A stretch of 64,000 nucleotides of DNA. Source: an uncultured Prevotellaceae bacterium (lineage in GTDB: Bacteria; Bacteroidota; Bacteroidia; Bacteroidales; Bacteroidaceae). Position 1 is the stretch's first letter. Every line of letters starts with the position of its first letter. Both the position numbers and the translations under genes were made by a program. The notes under the pieces are model-generated. The model was given only the letters and a program-made list of their open reading frames with translations. It made no database searches and was not told the DNA's origin. Where the stretch lies: positions 11,260 to 75,259 of the forward strand of contig CAMVDU010000001.1 of NCBI GenBank assembly GCA_947166345.1, read 5' to 3'. Below, piece by piece: positions 7,997 through 17,430 of this stretch.

Positions 7997-10938
7997 GACG
8001 TGTTTTGAGATTGGCTATTGGCTTTTGGCTATTGGCTATTGGCAGCGTGGCTGCGCAGCAGGTTATCGACCTCTCGGGGGCCTGGGACTTTGCCGTTGGC
8101 GACTCTACGAGTTACAACGACTACGTCATGTTGCCTGGCTCTATGCTGACCAATGACAAGGGGCGCCCCGTTGATTTGGAGACGCAGTGGACAGGGTCGC
8201 TCTACGACTCGTCCTATTACTTCAATCCTGATATGGCTGTCTATCGTCAGGCCGGCAACATGAAGTTTCCGTTCTTCCTGACACCCAAGAAACACTACGT
8301 GGGTAGTGCATGGTATCGCCGTTCGGTCTATTTACCAAAAGACTGGAAAGGAGAACGCATCTTCTTGTTCCTGGAGCGGCCCCATATTGAGACAACTGTC
8401 TTTGTGAATGGTAAGGAGGTGGGTCACCAGATGTCGCTCTCCACACCTCATCAATATGATGTGACGAAATATCTGAAGGCTGGTCAGCGCAATACGATTG
8501 CCATCAAGGTCTATAATGGTATAGAGAATGTGTGCGTGGGACAAGACTCTCACAGCGTCACCGACCAGACACAGGGCAACTGGAACGGCATCGTAGGACG
8601 CATGGAACTGCAGGCCCGCCCTAAGAAAGTCAATATCCGACAGGTGCGCATCTATCCCGACCTGACCCAGCAGAAAGCGCGTGTGGTGGTTGATGTGGAG
8701 AATAATGCCAACCGCTATCTGGCTGAATGGCACCTAATGCAGATCACAGAGTACGGTGTGGTTTGCGAGATACGCGAGATAGGCAAACAGGGTGAGCGGC
8801 TCATCAGCACTTCGCCTTTCTTCGAACTGGATGGCAGGAGTCATATAGAGTTGGACATGAAAGCTGACGACCTGAAGCCGTGGAACGAGTTTGCGCCCAA
8901 CCTCTATAGGCTCACCGTCTATGCCGGTGACGATGTTTATGAGACCACCTTTGGCATGCGCGACATCAAGGTGCAGGGACGCCAGCTGATACTGAACGGT
9001 GTGCCCCTCTTCCTGCGTGGTACGGTGGAGAACTGCTGCTTCCCCTTGACAGGTTATCCGCCCACTGACGAAGAAGAGTGGCTGCGCATCTTCCGCAAGT
9101 GTAAGGACTATGGCATCAACCACGTGCGCTTCCACAGCTACTGTCCGCCAGAGGCTGCCTTCAACGCTGCCGACATCATGGGCATCTACCTGCAGCCAGA
9201 GGGACCGTCGTGGCCTAACCATGGGGTGAAACTGCGTCGGGGTATGGCTATCGACCAGTATCTTCTGGACGAGTCGAAACGTATCATCGACACCTATGGC
9301 AACCATCCGTCGTTCCTGATGATGGCATCGGGCAACGAGCCTGCCGGCGACTGGGTGAGCTATACGAACGACTGGGTGAAAGAGATGCACCAGTATGACT
9401 CTACGAAAATCTATTGTGGTGCTTCCGTCGGTGGCGGTTGGGCCTGGGACAACGGCTCCGAGTATCATGTGAAGGGTGGGGCACGTGGTCTTAACTGGGA
9501 CAAGAAAGCCCCGTCGAGTGATGATGACTACTATAGCGGCATTGAGTTCCCCCGCAATTTCAAACCGACTGAAACTAATCATACCTCTCAGCTCTCAACT
9601 CTCAATTCTCAGTTGAAAAACACCTCGCCTATCATCGCCCATGAGCAGGGCCAGTGGTGTGCCTTCCCAGACCTGAAAGAGACCGAGCAATATACGGGTG
9701 TCTACAAAGCCGAGAACTTCGACATCTTCCGCGACCTGTTGGCAAAGAACGGTATGGCATCGCAGGCCGAGAACTTCCTGATGGCCAGCGGTAAGCTGCA
9801 GACGCTCTGCTATAAGTACGAGATAGAGCGCAACCTGCGTACGAAGGACTATGCTGGCTTCCAACTGCTGGGACTCAACGACTACAGCGGTCAGGGCACG
9901 GCTTTGGTGGGAGCGCTGAACGTCTTCTGGCGCGAGAAGGGCTATGTCAACGCCCGTCAGTGGCGCGAGTTCTGCAGTCCCTTCGTTGTATTGGCACGTT
10001 TCCCTAAGTTTGTCTATACCAACAACGAGACCTTGGAAGTGCCCCTCGAGATGATGAATGCCTATGTAAAGAATGTAGACAGTGTTTCAGTCAGTTATCA
10101 GCTCTTTACTGACGAGGGCGTCCTAATAGCACTCGATACACTGTCGGTTCCTTCGCTGAAGGTGGGAAAGAACAATGCCCTTGGCACCGTGCGTCAGCCC
10201 CTGAACAGTCTGACCGTTCCTACGAAGGTGACCCTTGCTGTGAACTTTGCCAATCTGTTTGGCAATCACTGGGAGTTCTGGGTCTATCCCGATTCTGTTG
10301 ATGGTCAGGTGGAACAGTTGGACGAGAAAGACCTCTATATCGCTGATTCGCTTGATTCAAAGGCACTGAAGGTGCTTGCCGATGGCGGCAAGGTACTGTT
10401 GACGGCAGCCGGCAAGGTTACCCTGGGCAGCGATGTGAAACAGTCGTATCTGCCTGTGTTCTGGAACACATCGTGGTTCAAGATGCGTCCGCCCCACACC
10501 ACAGGAGCCTATATCGACAAAAAGCATCCGCTGTTCAAGTACGACTTCCCCACCGACTCATGGTCGAACATTAACTGGTGGGAGCTGCTCAACAAGGCAC
10601 AGGTGATGAACCTCATGGAACTGCCCCTCGACTACCAGTCGCCCATCCAGCCTATCGATACGTGGCACATCAGTCGTAAGCTGGGTATGCTCGTTGAGGC
10701 TAAGGTGCTGAATGGTAAACTGCTGATGACGACAATGGACATCACCAGCCGTCTCGACCAGCGTGTCGTAGCACGACAGATGCGTCAGGCCATCCTGCGA
10801 TACATGCAGAGCGAAGACTTCAATCCCTCCATCACCCTTAGTCCTGAAGTCATTACCGACTTCTTCACCCGTCAGGCTCCACCAGTAAACATGTTTACCA
10901 AGGACTCACCCGACGAATTGAAGCCAAAACTCAAATAA
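7993..10938 (+). CDS. GH2 glycoside hydrolase
   Basis: Sugar-binding N-terminal domain (WYRR, WNGI.G), FGMR, NHVRFHSYCPP, NHPS..M.ASGNE; signal peptide. Confidence 0.88.
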   Translation: MRRVLRLAIGFWLLAIGSVAAQQVIDLSGAWDFAVGDSTSYNDYVMLPGSMLTNDKGRPVDLETQWTGSLYDSSYYFNPDMAVYRQAGNMKFPFFLTPKKHYVGSAWYRRSVYLPKDWKGERIFLFLERPHIETTVFVNGKEVGHQMSLSTPHQYDVTKYLKAGQRNTIAIKVYNGIENVCVGQDSHSVTDQTQGNWNGIVGRMELQARPKKVNIRQVRIYPDLTQQKARVVVDVENNANRYLAEWHLMQITEYGVVCEIREIGKQGERLISTSPFFELDGRSHIELDMKADDLKPWNEFAPNLYRLTVYAGDDVYETTFGMRDIKVQGRQLILNGVPLFLRGTVENCCFPLTGYPPTDEEEWLRIFRKCKDYGINHVRFHSYCPPEAAFNAADIMGIYLQPEGPSWPNHGVKLRRGMAIDQYLLDESKRIIDTYGNHPSFLMMASGNEPAGDWVSYTNDWVKEMHQYDSTKIYCGASVGGGWAWDNGSEYHVKGGARGLNWDKKAPSSDDDYYSGIEFPRNFKPTETNHTSQLSTLNSQLKNTSPIIAHEQGQWCAFPDLKETEQYTGVYKAENFDIFRDLLAKNGMASQAENFLMASGKLQTLCYKYEIERNLRTKDYAGFQLLGLNDYSGQGTALVGALNVFWREKGYVNARQWREFCSPFVVLARFPKFVYTNNETLEVPLEMMNAYVKNVDSVSVSYQLFTDEGVLIALDTLSVPSLKVGKNNALGTVRQPLNSLTVPTKVTLAVNFANLFGNHWEFWVYPDSVDGQVEQLDEKDLYIADSLDSKALKVLADGGKVLLTAAGKVTLGSDVKQSYLPVFWNTSWFKMRPPHTTGAYIDKKHPLFKYDFPTDSWSNINWWELLNKAQVMNLMELPLDYQSPIQPIDTWHISRKLGMLVEAKVLNGKLLMTTMDITSRLDQRVVARQMRQAILRYMQSEDFNPSITLSPEVITDFFTRQAPPVNMFTKDSPDELKPKLK

Positions 10939-10944
10939 AATAAT

Positions 10945-10971
10945 AAAAGGAACGCAAGAAGCGTTCCTTTT
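10945..10971. terminator. Bidirectional intrinsic terminator
   Basis: aaaaggaacgc-aagaa-gcgttcctttt between convergent genes. Confidence 0.85.
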
Positions 10972-10992
10972 GTTGTGTGAAAAGAATGTCTT

Positions 10993-11400
10993 TTAGTAGG
11001 TCATGCGGGGCTCAAGTTCCTTGGCCTGGTCAATCATCTTCTGAACCTCGCTGACGGCAGGTACACGGTTGCAGATATTCTTCTGTTCGTTTACCTCGAC
11101 TAGTTTCGGTTGCAGATTTTCTGCCACGCGATGACGGAACTCCTTCACAGTGTCCACACCGGCAGCCTCGAGTAACTCGGCAAACTGTGGGCCAACGCCG
11201 TTGATACGGAACAGGTCTGCATGGTTCGTCCATTTTAGGATAAGCTTTTCAGAGATGCCAGTAGCCTCTGCCAGTTCCTTGCGACCCTTGGGCGCTGCAC
11301 ACTTGTCGAGCAGTTCGCTCACCTTGTTGATTCCTACTGCAACGAGCTTCTCAGCGTAAACCTCGCCTACACCTTCAATGTCAATAATCTTGTAATCCAT
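10993..11400 (-). CDS. DUF4332-type helix-hairpin-helix protein
   Basis: IEGVG and RINGVG HhH motifs, LLEAAGVDTV; start taken at MDYKII. Confidence 0.8.
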   Translation of the reverse strand: MDYKIIDIEGVGEVYAEKLVAVGINKVSELLDKCAAPKGRKELAEATGISEKLILKWTNHADLFRINGVGPQFAELLEAAGVDTVKEFRHRVAENLQPKLVEVNEQKNICNRVPAVSEVQKMIDQAKELEPRMTY

Positions 11401-11446
11401 AGCAATTTGGTTTTTAGAATGGTTAATAAAAGGTCTAATGTGCTGG

Positions 11447-11540
11447 CAAAGGTACGAATAAACGAGCACAATGCCAAATAAAAAAGCAAATTTTTATTTA
11501 ATTGTCGAGTGAAAGTACCTTAGGCGAAGCCAGAGGTACG
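11447..11540. mobile_element. Small MITE/REP-like element carrying a minus-strand -7/-33 promoter
   Basis: Similar to 63609-63722; caaaggta at the left, cagaggta at the right, terminal hairpin containing GCGAAGC. Confidence 0.6.
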
Positions 11541-11602
11541 AAAAACCTTGAAAAATACAAAGAAAAAACAATATTTTTTTTGTTTTTATGGAAAACAATG
11601 CG

Positions 11603-11610
11603 TATTTTTG
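11603..11610 (+). promoter_or_regulatory. Bacteroidetes -7 box (TAnnTTTG) for ald
   Basis: TATTTTTG ending 33 nt upstream of the ATG. Confidence 0.6.
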
Positions 11611-11643
11611 CAACGTCAATGTTTAACCAAAAATTTGATGATT

Positions 11644-12753
11644 ATGAAAGTAGGAATTCCCAAGGAGATTAAGAACAACGAGAACAGGGTTGGCATGACC
11701 CCGTCGGGCGTTGCCGAGTTAGTGCGTAGAGGTCATCAGGTGCTAGTCCAGAAAACGGCAGGCGAGGGTAGTGGCTTCGCTGATGCCGACTACGAGAAAG
11801 TAGGAGCCAAGATGTTGCCTACTATTGAGGATGTCTATGCACAGGCCGACATGATTGTCAAGGTGAAGGAGCCTATTGCTCCAGAATACCCGTTGGTCAG
11901 AAAAGGTCAGGTGTTGTTCACCTATTTCCACTTTGCCTGCGAAGAGGAACTCACACAGGCCATGCTTAAGAGTGGTGCTGTCTGCATTGCTTACGAGACG
12001 GTGGAGCGCGATGACCGTTCCCTGCCGCTACTGATACCCATGAGTGAGGTGGCAGGACGCATGGCAGCACAGAACGGTGCCTACTATCTGCAAAAGACCA
12101 AGGGCGGCAAGGGTAAACTGATGGCAGGTGTGCCTGGCGTGAAACCAGCCCGTGTACTGGTGCTTGGAGGTGGAACGGTGGGCGAGGCTGCCGCACGCAT
12201 TGCCGCTGGTATGGGTGCCGAGGTCACCATCACTGACGTCTCGTTGCCTCGACTAAAGCAGTTGGCAGCAGAGATGCCTGCCAATGTCCACACACTCTAT
12301 TCCTCTGAGCACAACATCCGTCAAGAGCTGCCTTCTACCGACGTGGTCATCGGGTCTGTACTTATTCCTGGTGATGCTGCTCCTAAACTCATTACCGAGG
12401 ATATGCTGAAACTCATGGAGAAGGGTACTGTGCTCGTTGATGTGGCCATCGACCAGGGTGGCTGTTTCGAGACCTCCCATCCCACAACTCACAGTGAACC
12501 CGTCTATGAGGTCGATGGCATTGTCCACTATGCCGTAGCCAATATTCCTGGAGCTGTACCCAATACCTCCACCATCGCACTCACTAATGCTACCCTGCGC
12601 TATGCAATAGCCCTTGCCGACAAAGGATGGCGTGAGGCCTGTCGCGATGACCGTTCGTTGGCCCGAGGTGTTAATATGGTGGATGGCAAGTGTACCTACG
12701 AGGCAGTGGCCAAGGTCTGGGGCCTCGACTATACACCACTGTCACTCACGTAG
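11644..12753 (+). CDS. ald: Alanine dehydrogenase
   Basis: MKVGIPKEIKNNENRV, KVKEP, PMSEVAGR, DVAIDQGGC, ANIPGAV. Confidence 0.96.
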   Translation: MKVGIPKEIKNNENRVGMTPSGVAELVRRGHQVLVQKTAGEGSGFADADYEKVGAKMLPTIEDVYAQADMIVKVKEPIAPEYPLVRKGQVLFTYFHFACEEELTQAMLKSGAVCIAYETVERDDRSLPLLIPMSEVAGRMAAQNGAYYLQKTKGGKGKLMAGVPGVKPARVLVLGGGTVGEAAARIAAGMGAEVTITDVSLPRLKQLAAEMPANVHTLYSSEHNIRQELPSTDVVIGSVLIPGDAAPKLITEDMLKLMEKGTVLVDVAIDQGGCFETSHPTTHSEPVYEVDGIVHYAVANIPGAVPNTSTIALTNATLRYAIALADKGWREACRDDRSLARGVNMVDGKCTYEAVAKVWGLDYTPLSLT

Positions 12754-12781
12754 GGCGATTAGGATAAAAAGTAATAATTTC

Positions 12782-14473
12782 TTATTTCTTCAGATAATTT
12801 GCCAAGGGCAGGCCAGTGGCTTTCAGCCCTTTGGCAAAGCTTTGGGCGTTCATGCGGGCACCAAGCTTGGAGGCGTGGGTGTGGTCTTTCTTGAAATAGA
12901 CACCAGCCTTCTCCTTGATCTTGGCAACCTTGGCCTTGGCTTTCTCCTTGTCCTTAGGCAAACGCTTCACGCTGAACTTCTTATCGAGGAAATCGGCAGA
13001 GATGTTGTGCATGTCGATGAAGGCTACGCCAGTCTCCTCCACCACCTCACGATACCATTTGCCGTAGGTGTCGTCACGACGTTCTATCTTACCGCCAGGC
13101 CATTCGTTGCGTGGTGTCAGCGAGACGAGGATGGGTGTGGCGCCCTTCTCGCGACAGTCGTCAATCATCTTCTTCAGGTACCATCCAAAGCTGTAAACCA
13201 CCTCGTAGGTGTCGTTGTCGAGATGATAGACGTGGAGTGTGTCCTGTGTGCCAGGGATGACACCACGGGCCTTCGCATCGGTGATGGGGCAGATGTCGTT
13301 GTGTCCAAACTGAATGGTGACGAAGTCACCCGGTTGTAGGGCGTTATAGACGGCATCCCACAGGCCTTCGCGGATAAACGAGCGTGTCGAACGGCCGGCA
13401 CGGGCTGCATTCACCAATTGTATCTTGCTCTCGTCAAAGACGGTAGCTGCTTGCGAAGCCCAGCCCCACATGCCGTCGTCGTCCTTGTCGGCGTTCTTCA
13501 CCGTCGAGTCGCCCGTAAACCAGAGTACGGGCTTTCCGCTGAGGCGATTCACATTCCAAATGGTCTTTTGGGGAATCGGCATGAATTTCATGAGCGCCTT
13601 CAACTGCGGGTCGTGACTCTGCACAATACCTAGATAGGCGCTATAGGCGTTCAACTCAGCACCGAACTTTGACGTGTGGATTTTGTCACCCAGGAAGTGA
13701 TAGTCCACCTTCCAGCGACTGAACGAGTCGAGTTCCTTGCCACTAATCTCGTTGAGGTCGATGAAGGGCACATCCTCCTCGGCAGCAACGGCACGTGCCC
13801 ATTCTGTCTGGGGCTTGCGTATGATCTTCCCTTGGTCATCATAGGCGTTGCGAGGCGTCAGCGACATCAGAATGGTATGGGCCCCTTTCTGGCGAGCCTC
13901 ATGGATGTATCTGCGTAGGTAGTTGCCATAGCTGTAGACTGTGTCCTGCTGCTGTGTGCGCTGGTTGAAGCCTACGTAGCAGGTGTCGGGGTCGATGCCA
14001 GGGATGACGGCACGCGCCCTCTTAGCATCGAAGAACTCGCCATTATCATTATGTCCTATCGATACGATGACCCAGTCACCTGGCTTCAGGGCTTCGCGGA
14101 TGGCTGGCCACAGGTCTGTATAGAAAGTGCGGGTGGACATGCCCCCCAGGGCCTGGTTCTCGACAGAAATCTTGTTGGCATCAAAATAATTGGGGAAGAA
14201 ATAGCCCCAGCCCCACTGACCGTTATTACCATTGCCCAATGTGCCGTTGCGCATCGTCGAATTGCCGACGAGGAACAACACGGGGTTCGTGCCCTTGCGC
14301 GTAGAGCCAGGTGCCGGGCGCGACATCAGTGCCTTGGCAATGGAGTCGGGTGTGTTGTCCACCACCTTGTTCACATCTTCGATGGGATCGGGCAGGTTGT
14401 CAAAGACTTGAGCCCTTGCAGGGCTTGATGACAGTTGATAGATGATAAATGATAATGCCAGTAGTCGTTTCAT
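12782..14473 (-). CDS. Tandem SGNH/GDSL rhamnogalacturonan acetylesterase-like protein (CE12)
   Basis: Two domains with GNST/GDST, GHND and DxxH (DKIH, DHTH); signal peptide MKRLLAL. Confidence 0.85.
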   Translation of the reverse strand: MKRLLALSFIIYQLSSSPARAQVFDNLPDPIEDVNKVVDNTPDSIAKALMSRPAPGSTRKGTNPVLFLVGNSTMRNGTLGNGNNGQWGWGYFFPNYFDANKISVENQALGGMSTRTFYTDLWPAIREALKPGDWVIVSIGHNDNGEFFDAKRARAVIPGIDPDTCYVGFNQRTQQQDTVYSYGNYLRRYIHEARQKGAHTILMSLTPRNAYDDQGKIIRKPQTEWARAVAAEEDVPFIDLNEISGKELDSFSRWKVDYHFLGDKIHTSKFGAELNAYSAYLGIVQSHDPQLKALMKFMPIPQKTIWNVNRLSGKPVLWFTGDSTVKNADKDDDGMWGWASQAATVFDESKIQLVNAARAGRSTRSFIREGLWDAVYNALQPGDFVTIQFGHNDICPITDAKARGVIPGTQDTLHVYHLDNDTYEVVYSFGWYLKKMIDDCREKGATPILVSLTPRNEWPGGKIERRDDTYGKWYREVVEETGVAFIDMHNISADFLDKKFSVKRLPKDKEKAKAKVAKIKEKAGVYFKKDHTHASKLGARMNAQSFAKGLKATGLPLANYLKK

Positions 14474-14506
14474 TGTTGTTTTTACTATTTTAATGGTGTT
14501 CGGATG

Positions 14507-14596
14507 CAAAGTTACAACTATTTTTTGTAAAACACGTCAAGATTATGTAATATAGTTGTGTTTTTTTTGTTTTTTAATTGGTTCTTTGTATCTTTG
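14507..14596. promoter_or_regulatory. Divergent -7 boxes
   Basis: TAACTTTG on the minus strand (14507-14514) and TATCTTTG on the plus strand (14589-14596). Confidence 0.65.
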
Positions 14597-14623
14597 CACC
14601 ATCGTTTATAACATTTCTGGATT

Positions 14624-15784
14624 ATGAAAAGAATAGTTGTCTTACTATTGAGTGTCCTTATTGGTTCCAGCGCATGGGCAAACATTGTTATGAGCAATTC
14701 TGAGGTGAGCCAATACTGGCGCAGTAAGTCTATCAAGGTCACAGACGGTGGGGCTACACCTGATGTGATGACGCTACTGAAGGCTTTCCATCAGACACTT
14801 CCCACTTGGGTGGTCGGCGAGGTGATGAAGCAGGAGGCCCAGCCTGCCAAGGGTACCCGCTTTGACGGTAACTCCTCCACCTACGAGGAAGAGGAGGGGC
14901 TCTTGGACATTATCATCGACAGACGTAACGGCTATGTGGGTTATCTGTCACCAACGGATGTTGACCAGGTGACGGCTTGTGTGTGGCGCAAGAACAACGG
15001 ACATCGTATCTTCGCTGTTAGCCTGTACGAACAGCACGACCCTGTGCAGAACCTGCTGTGCTGGTATGACTACGATCCGCAGACACAGACGTTGACACCT
15101 TCAAAGAGTCCTATCGACTCCTATCAGAAGCCTTTCGAGAGGATGGAGTTCAGTTGGACGCTTCCTAGGAAAGGCACCGACTTTATCATCCACGAATATT
15201 ACTTTTTCCCAGATACCGACTTTACGCAGGTCTATAGTTGGGATGGCGAGACGTTCCATCGTTCGAAGACGCTGATTGATGATTTCTGTTTTCAGTACTT
15301 CGGTGAGGGCGACTGGATAAAGGCCGGCACACAGGGCTTTACACAGTATGCCCTCGTGGACATTGACCACAGCGGCAGTCCAGCGCTCTGTCTGAAGAAT
15401 AATGATAATTGGATTGTGGTGAACGAGTTCCGTGGTAAGATGCAGACTGTCACTGTCTGCGACGAGGCTACCATGCTGGAGAGTATGTATCACGTTGTTC
15501 CTGAGGCAGGCAAACCCTGGACGGAGAAGGATGTGGTGGTCTATACCAGCGATTTTGAACACGTACATTATTATGTCGTCCTACAAAATGGTAGCATTGG
15601 TTACATCATTACTTCTGAGCCCAACTATGATGAAGAGGAGGGTAGGGTCACGGAGTACGCGTCACACAAGAATGGTTATGGCGCAAAGGACGAGAGCATA
15701 GACATCATCCACGCCGACAGGGGCGAGGACATTTTCATCAAGCCACAGTGGAAACCGTTCTCTTTTATTGAAAGGGAGGAATAA
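14624..15784 (+). CDS. Secreted hypothetical protein
   Basis: 386-aa ORF with signal peptide MKRIVVLLLSVLIGSSAWA; no family recognised. Confidence 0.75.
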   Translation: MKRIVVLLLSVLIGSSAWANIVMSNSEVSQYWRSKSIKVTDGGATPDVMTLLKAFHQTLPTWVVGEVMKQEAQPAKGTRFDGNSSTYEEEEGLLDIIIDRRNGYVGYLSPTDVDQVTACVWRKNNGHRIFAVSLYEQHDPVQNLLCWYDYDPQTQTLTPSKSPIDSYQKPFERMEFSWTLPRKGTDFIIHEYYFFPDTDFTQVYSWDGETFHRSKTLIDDFCFQYFGEGDWIKAGTQGFTQYALVDIDHSGSPALCLKNNDNWIVVNEFRGKMQTVTVCDEATMLESMYHVVPEAGKPWTEKDVVVYTSDFEHVHYYVVLQNGSIGYIITSEPNYDEEEGRVTEYASHKNGYGAKDESIDIIHADRGEDIFIKPQWKPFSFIEREE

Positions 15785-15805
15785 TCTTTAAAAACACGAT
15801 AGACT

Positions 15806-17203
15806 ATGAAACGACTGACAATCATGATTCTTGTGTGTCTGCTGGTAGCTGCAGGGGCACAGGCACAGACTACGAAGCAAGAGATTACTGTCAGCACTAC
15901 CCAAGAGTTCATTGAAGCGCTGGGTAGTGACCGCACCGTCATCATTAAGGACGGTTGTACACTAAACCTGTCGGATGAGTTAGACAACGAGCAATTGTTC
16001 CATCGCATGGGTTACCTATGGCGGAACGACTACTACTCCGAACGTGATGTCGCTGCCGATACGAAGGTCAGCTGCGATCGCTTCGACGGTCGTCAGCTTG
16101 ATCTGGTTGGCGTCAACAACCTCACCATCCGAGGTGCTGGTAAGAACTGCCATATCGTCGTCAACCCGCGCTACGCCAATGTCATCAACCTCTATCGTTG
16201 CCGTAATATCCGTCTGGAACGTCTCACCATGGGACATACAGAGGAGGGCTACTGCGAGGGAGGTGTCATCTATGCTGAGAATAGTCAGAATATCACCGTT
16301 GCCAACTGCGATCTCTACGGCTGCGGCACCTATGGACTGGAGGCCTGGACGTGTAAGAAGATAGCGATGGAAAGCACCGTTATCCATGACTGCTCCTACG
16401 GTATCATGCAGCTTTTAGGCGTTGAGGACGCTACGTTCACAGACTGTGACTTCGTGCGTTGCCGTGAGTTCGACCTTGTAGGCGTGAGGAGCGACAGCAA
16501 GAACATTCTCTTCAAACGTTGCCGTTTTGCCCAGAATAAGGGACAGCTGTTCAGTCTTGGCGGCCCCATCCGTGTGGAGAGCTGCGAGATTCATCATCCC
16601 GAGGCATACGATCTGGGCGACGTGAACAGCAGTAACTTCGGCTATGCCGACCAGAATACCACCTTCTACCGTGATGATAATCCTATTCAGGAGCGTGCCA
16701 TTGGTCCTGCATACAAAGTTAAGCCACAGCAGGGACCTTCTTTGAAAGATCAGATTGCCGACATCCGCGCTCACTATGCTAAAGTGAAGGAGACGCAGAA
16801 ATACAAGCGCGAGGCCGAACTGCCACTCGACGAGACTGTTGTCACCAGTAACTACATGGCTGCAGGAGCAGGTCCTGTCAAGGAGGTTACCACCTATTAT
16901 TATAATGGTGACTTCGATGAAGAGGTGGGAAGTGACGTGTTCAAGGTCTATTTCATTGTGCGTAAGGTTAATTTCGGTTCTACTGACATCTACGAGGAGT
17001 TCCTGTTCGATGAGAAGGGCGATATGGTGTTCTTCTTCGAGAAGTCTGGTGCCAATGAGATTCGCTACTATTGGTCTGACAACGCTCTCATCAAACAAGA
17101 CCTGAAGGGCGATAGTGACTATCTGACGGGTGAGATGGTGTCCATGCGCATGGCAGCAGCTCTGGTAGGTGCTTTCGACATGCTTATGAACCGTGAGTTC
17201 TGA
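15806..17203 (+). CDS. Secreted right-handed parallel beta-helix protein
   Basis: Signal peptide; NITVANCDLYGCGTYG and IHDCSYG beta-helix repeats. Confidence 0.75.
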   Translation: MKRLTIMILVCLLVAAGAQAQTTKQEITVSTTQEFIEALGSDRTVIIKDGCTLNLSDELDNEQLFHRMGYLWRNDYYSERDVAADTKVSCDRFDGRQLDLVGVNNLTIRGAGKNCHIVVNPRYANVINLYRCRNIRLERLTMGHTEEGYCEGGVIYAENSQNITVANCDLYGCGTYGLEAWTCKKIAMESTVIHDCSYGIMQLLGVEDATFTDCDFVRCREFDLVGVRSDSKNILFKRCRFAQNKGQLFSLGGPIRVESCEIHHPEAYDLGDVNSSNFGYADQNTTFYRDDNPIQERAIGPAYKVKPQQGPSLKDQIADIRAHYAKVKETQKYKREAELPLDETVVTSNYMAAGAGPVKEVTTYYYNGDFDEEVGSDVFKVYFIVRKVNFGSTDIYEEFLFDEKGDMVFFFEKSGANEIRYYWSDNALIKQDLKGDSDYLTGEMVSMRMAAALVGAFDMLMNREF

Positions 17204-17225
17204 TTCCGTTGAAAAGAGATGGTAT

Positions 17226-17270
17226 TGCACAAAACAGCCAATGTGTGCGCAAATTGGCTGTTTTTGTGCA
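17226..17270 (+). terminator. Long inverted repeat, probable terminator
   Basis: tgcacaaaacagccaat / attggctgtttttgtgca. Confidence 0.6.
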
Positions 17271-17299
17271 TTTTATTTGGCTGTGTGCGTAAAAAGTCG

Positions 17300-17307
17300 T
17301 ACCTTTG
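17300..17307 (+). promoter_or_regulatory. -7 box for the etf operon
   Basis: TACCTTTG with TTTG 20 nt upstream (17276-17279). Confidence 0.7.
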
Positions 17308-17430
17308 CGGTCGATTTTGAAAAAAACGACCGCGAGAACAGGCTTCGCCTCAGCAAAGAGCTCGCTCTTTGCATTCGGCTTGCACTGTCCTTGCACCCGT
17401 TTTAAAACGAAAATACTTTATTTTTATATT

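Noticed and set aside
17305-17430. N-terminal extensions given by the ORF track (etfB, ald, DUF4332, cbiA, C_GCAxxG_C_C)
   Set aside because: They cross promoter boxes or repeat elements; downstream ATGs match the family N-termini
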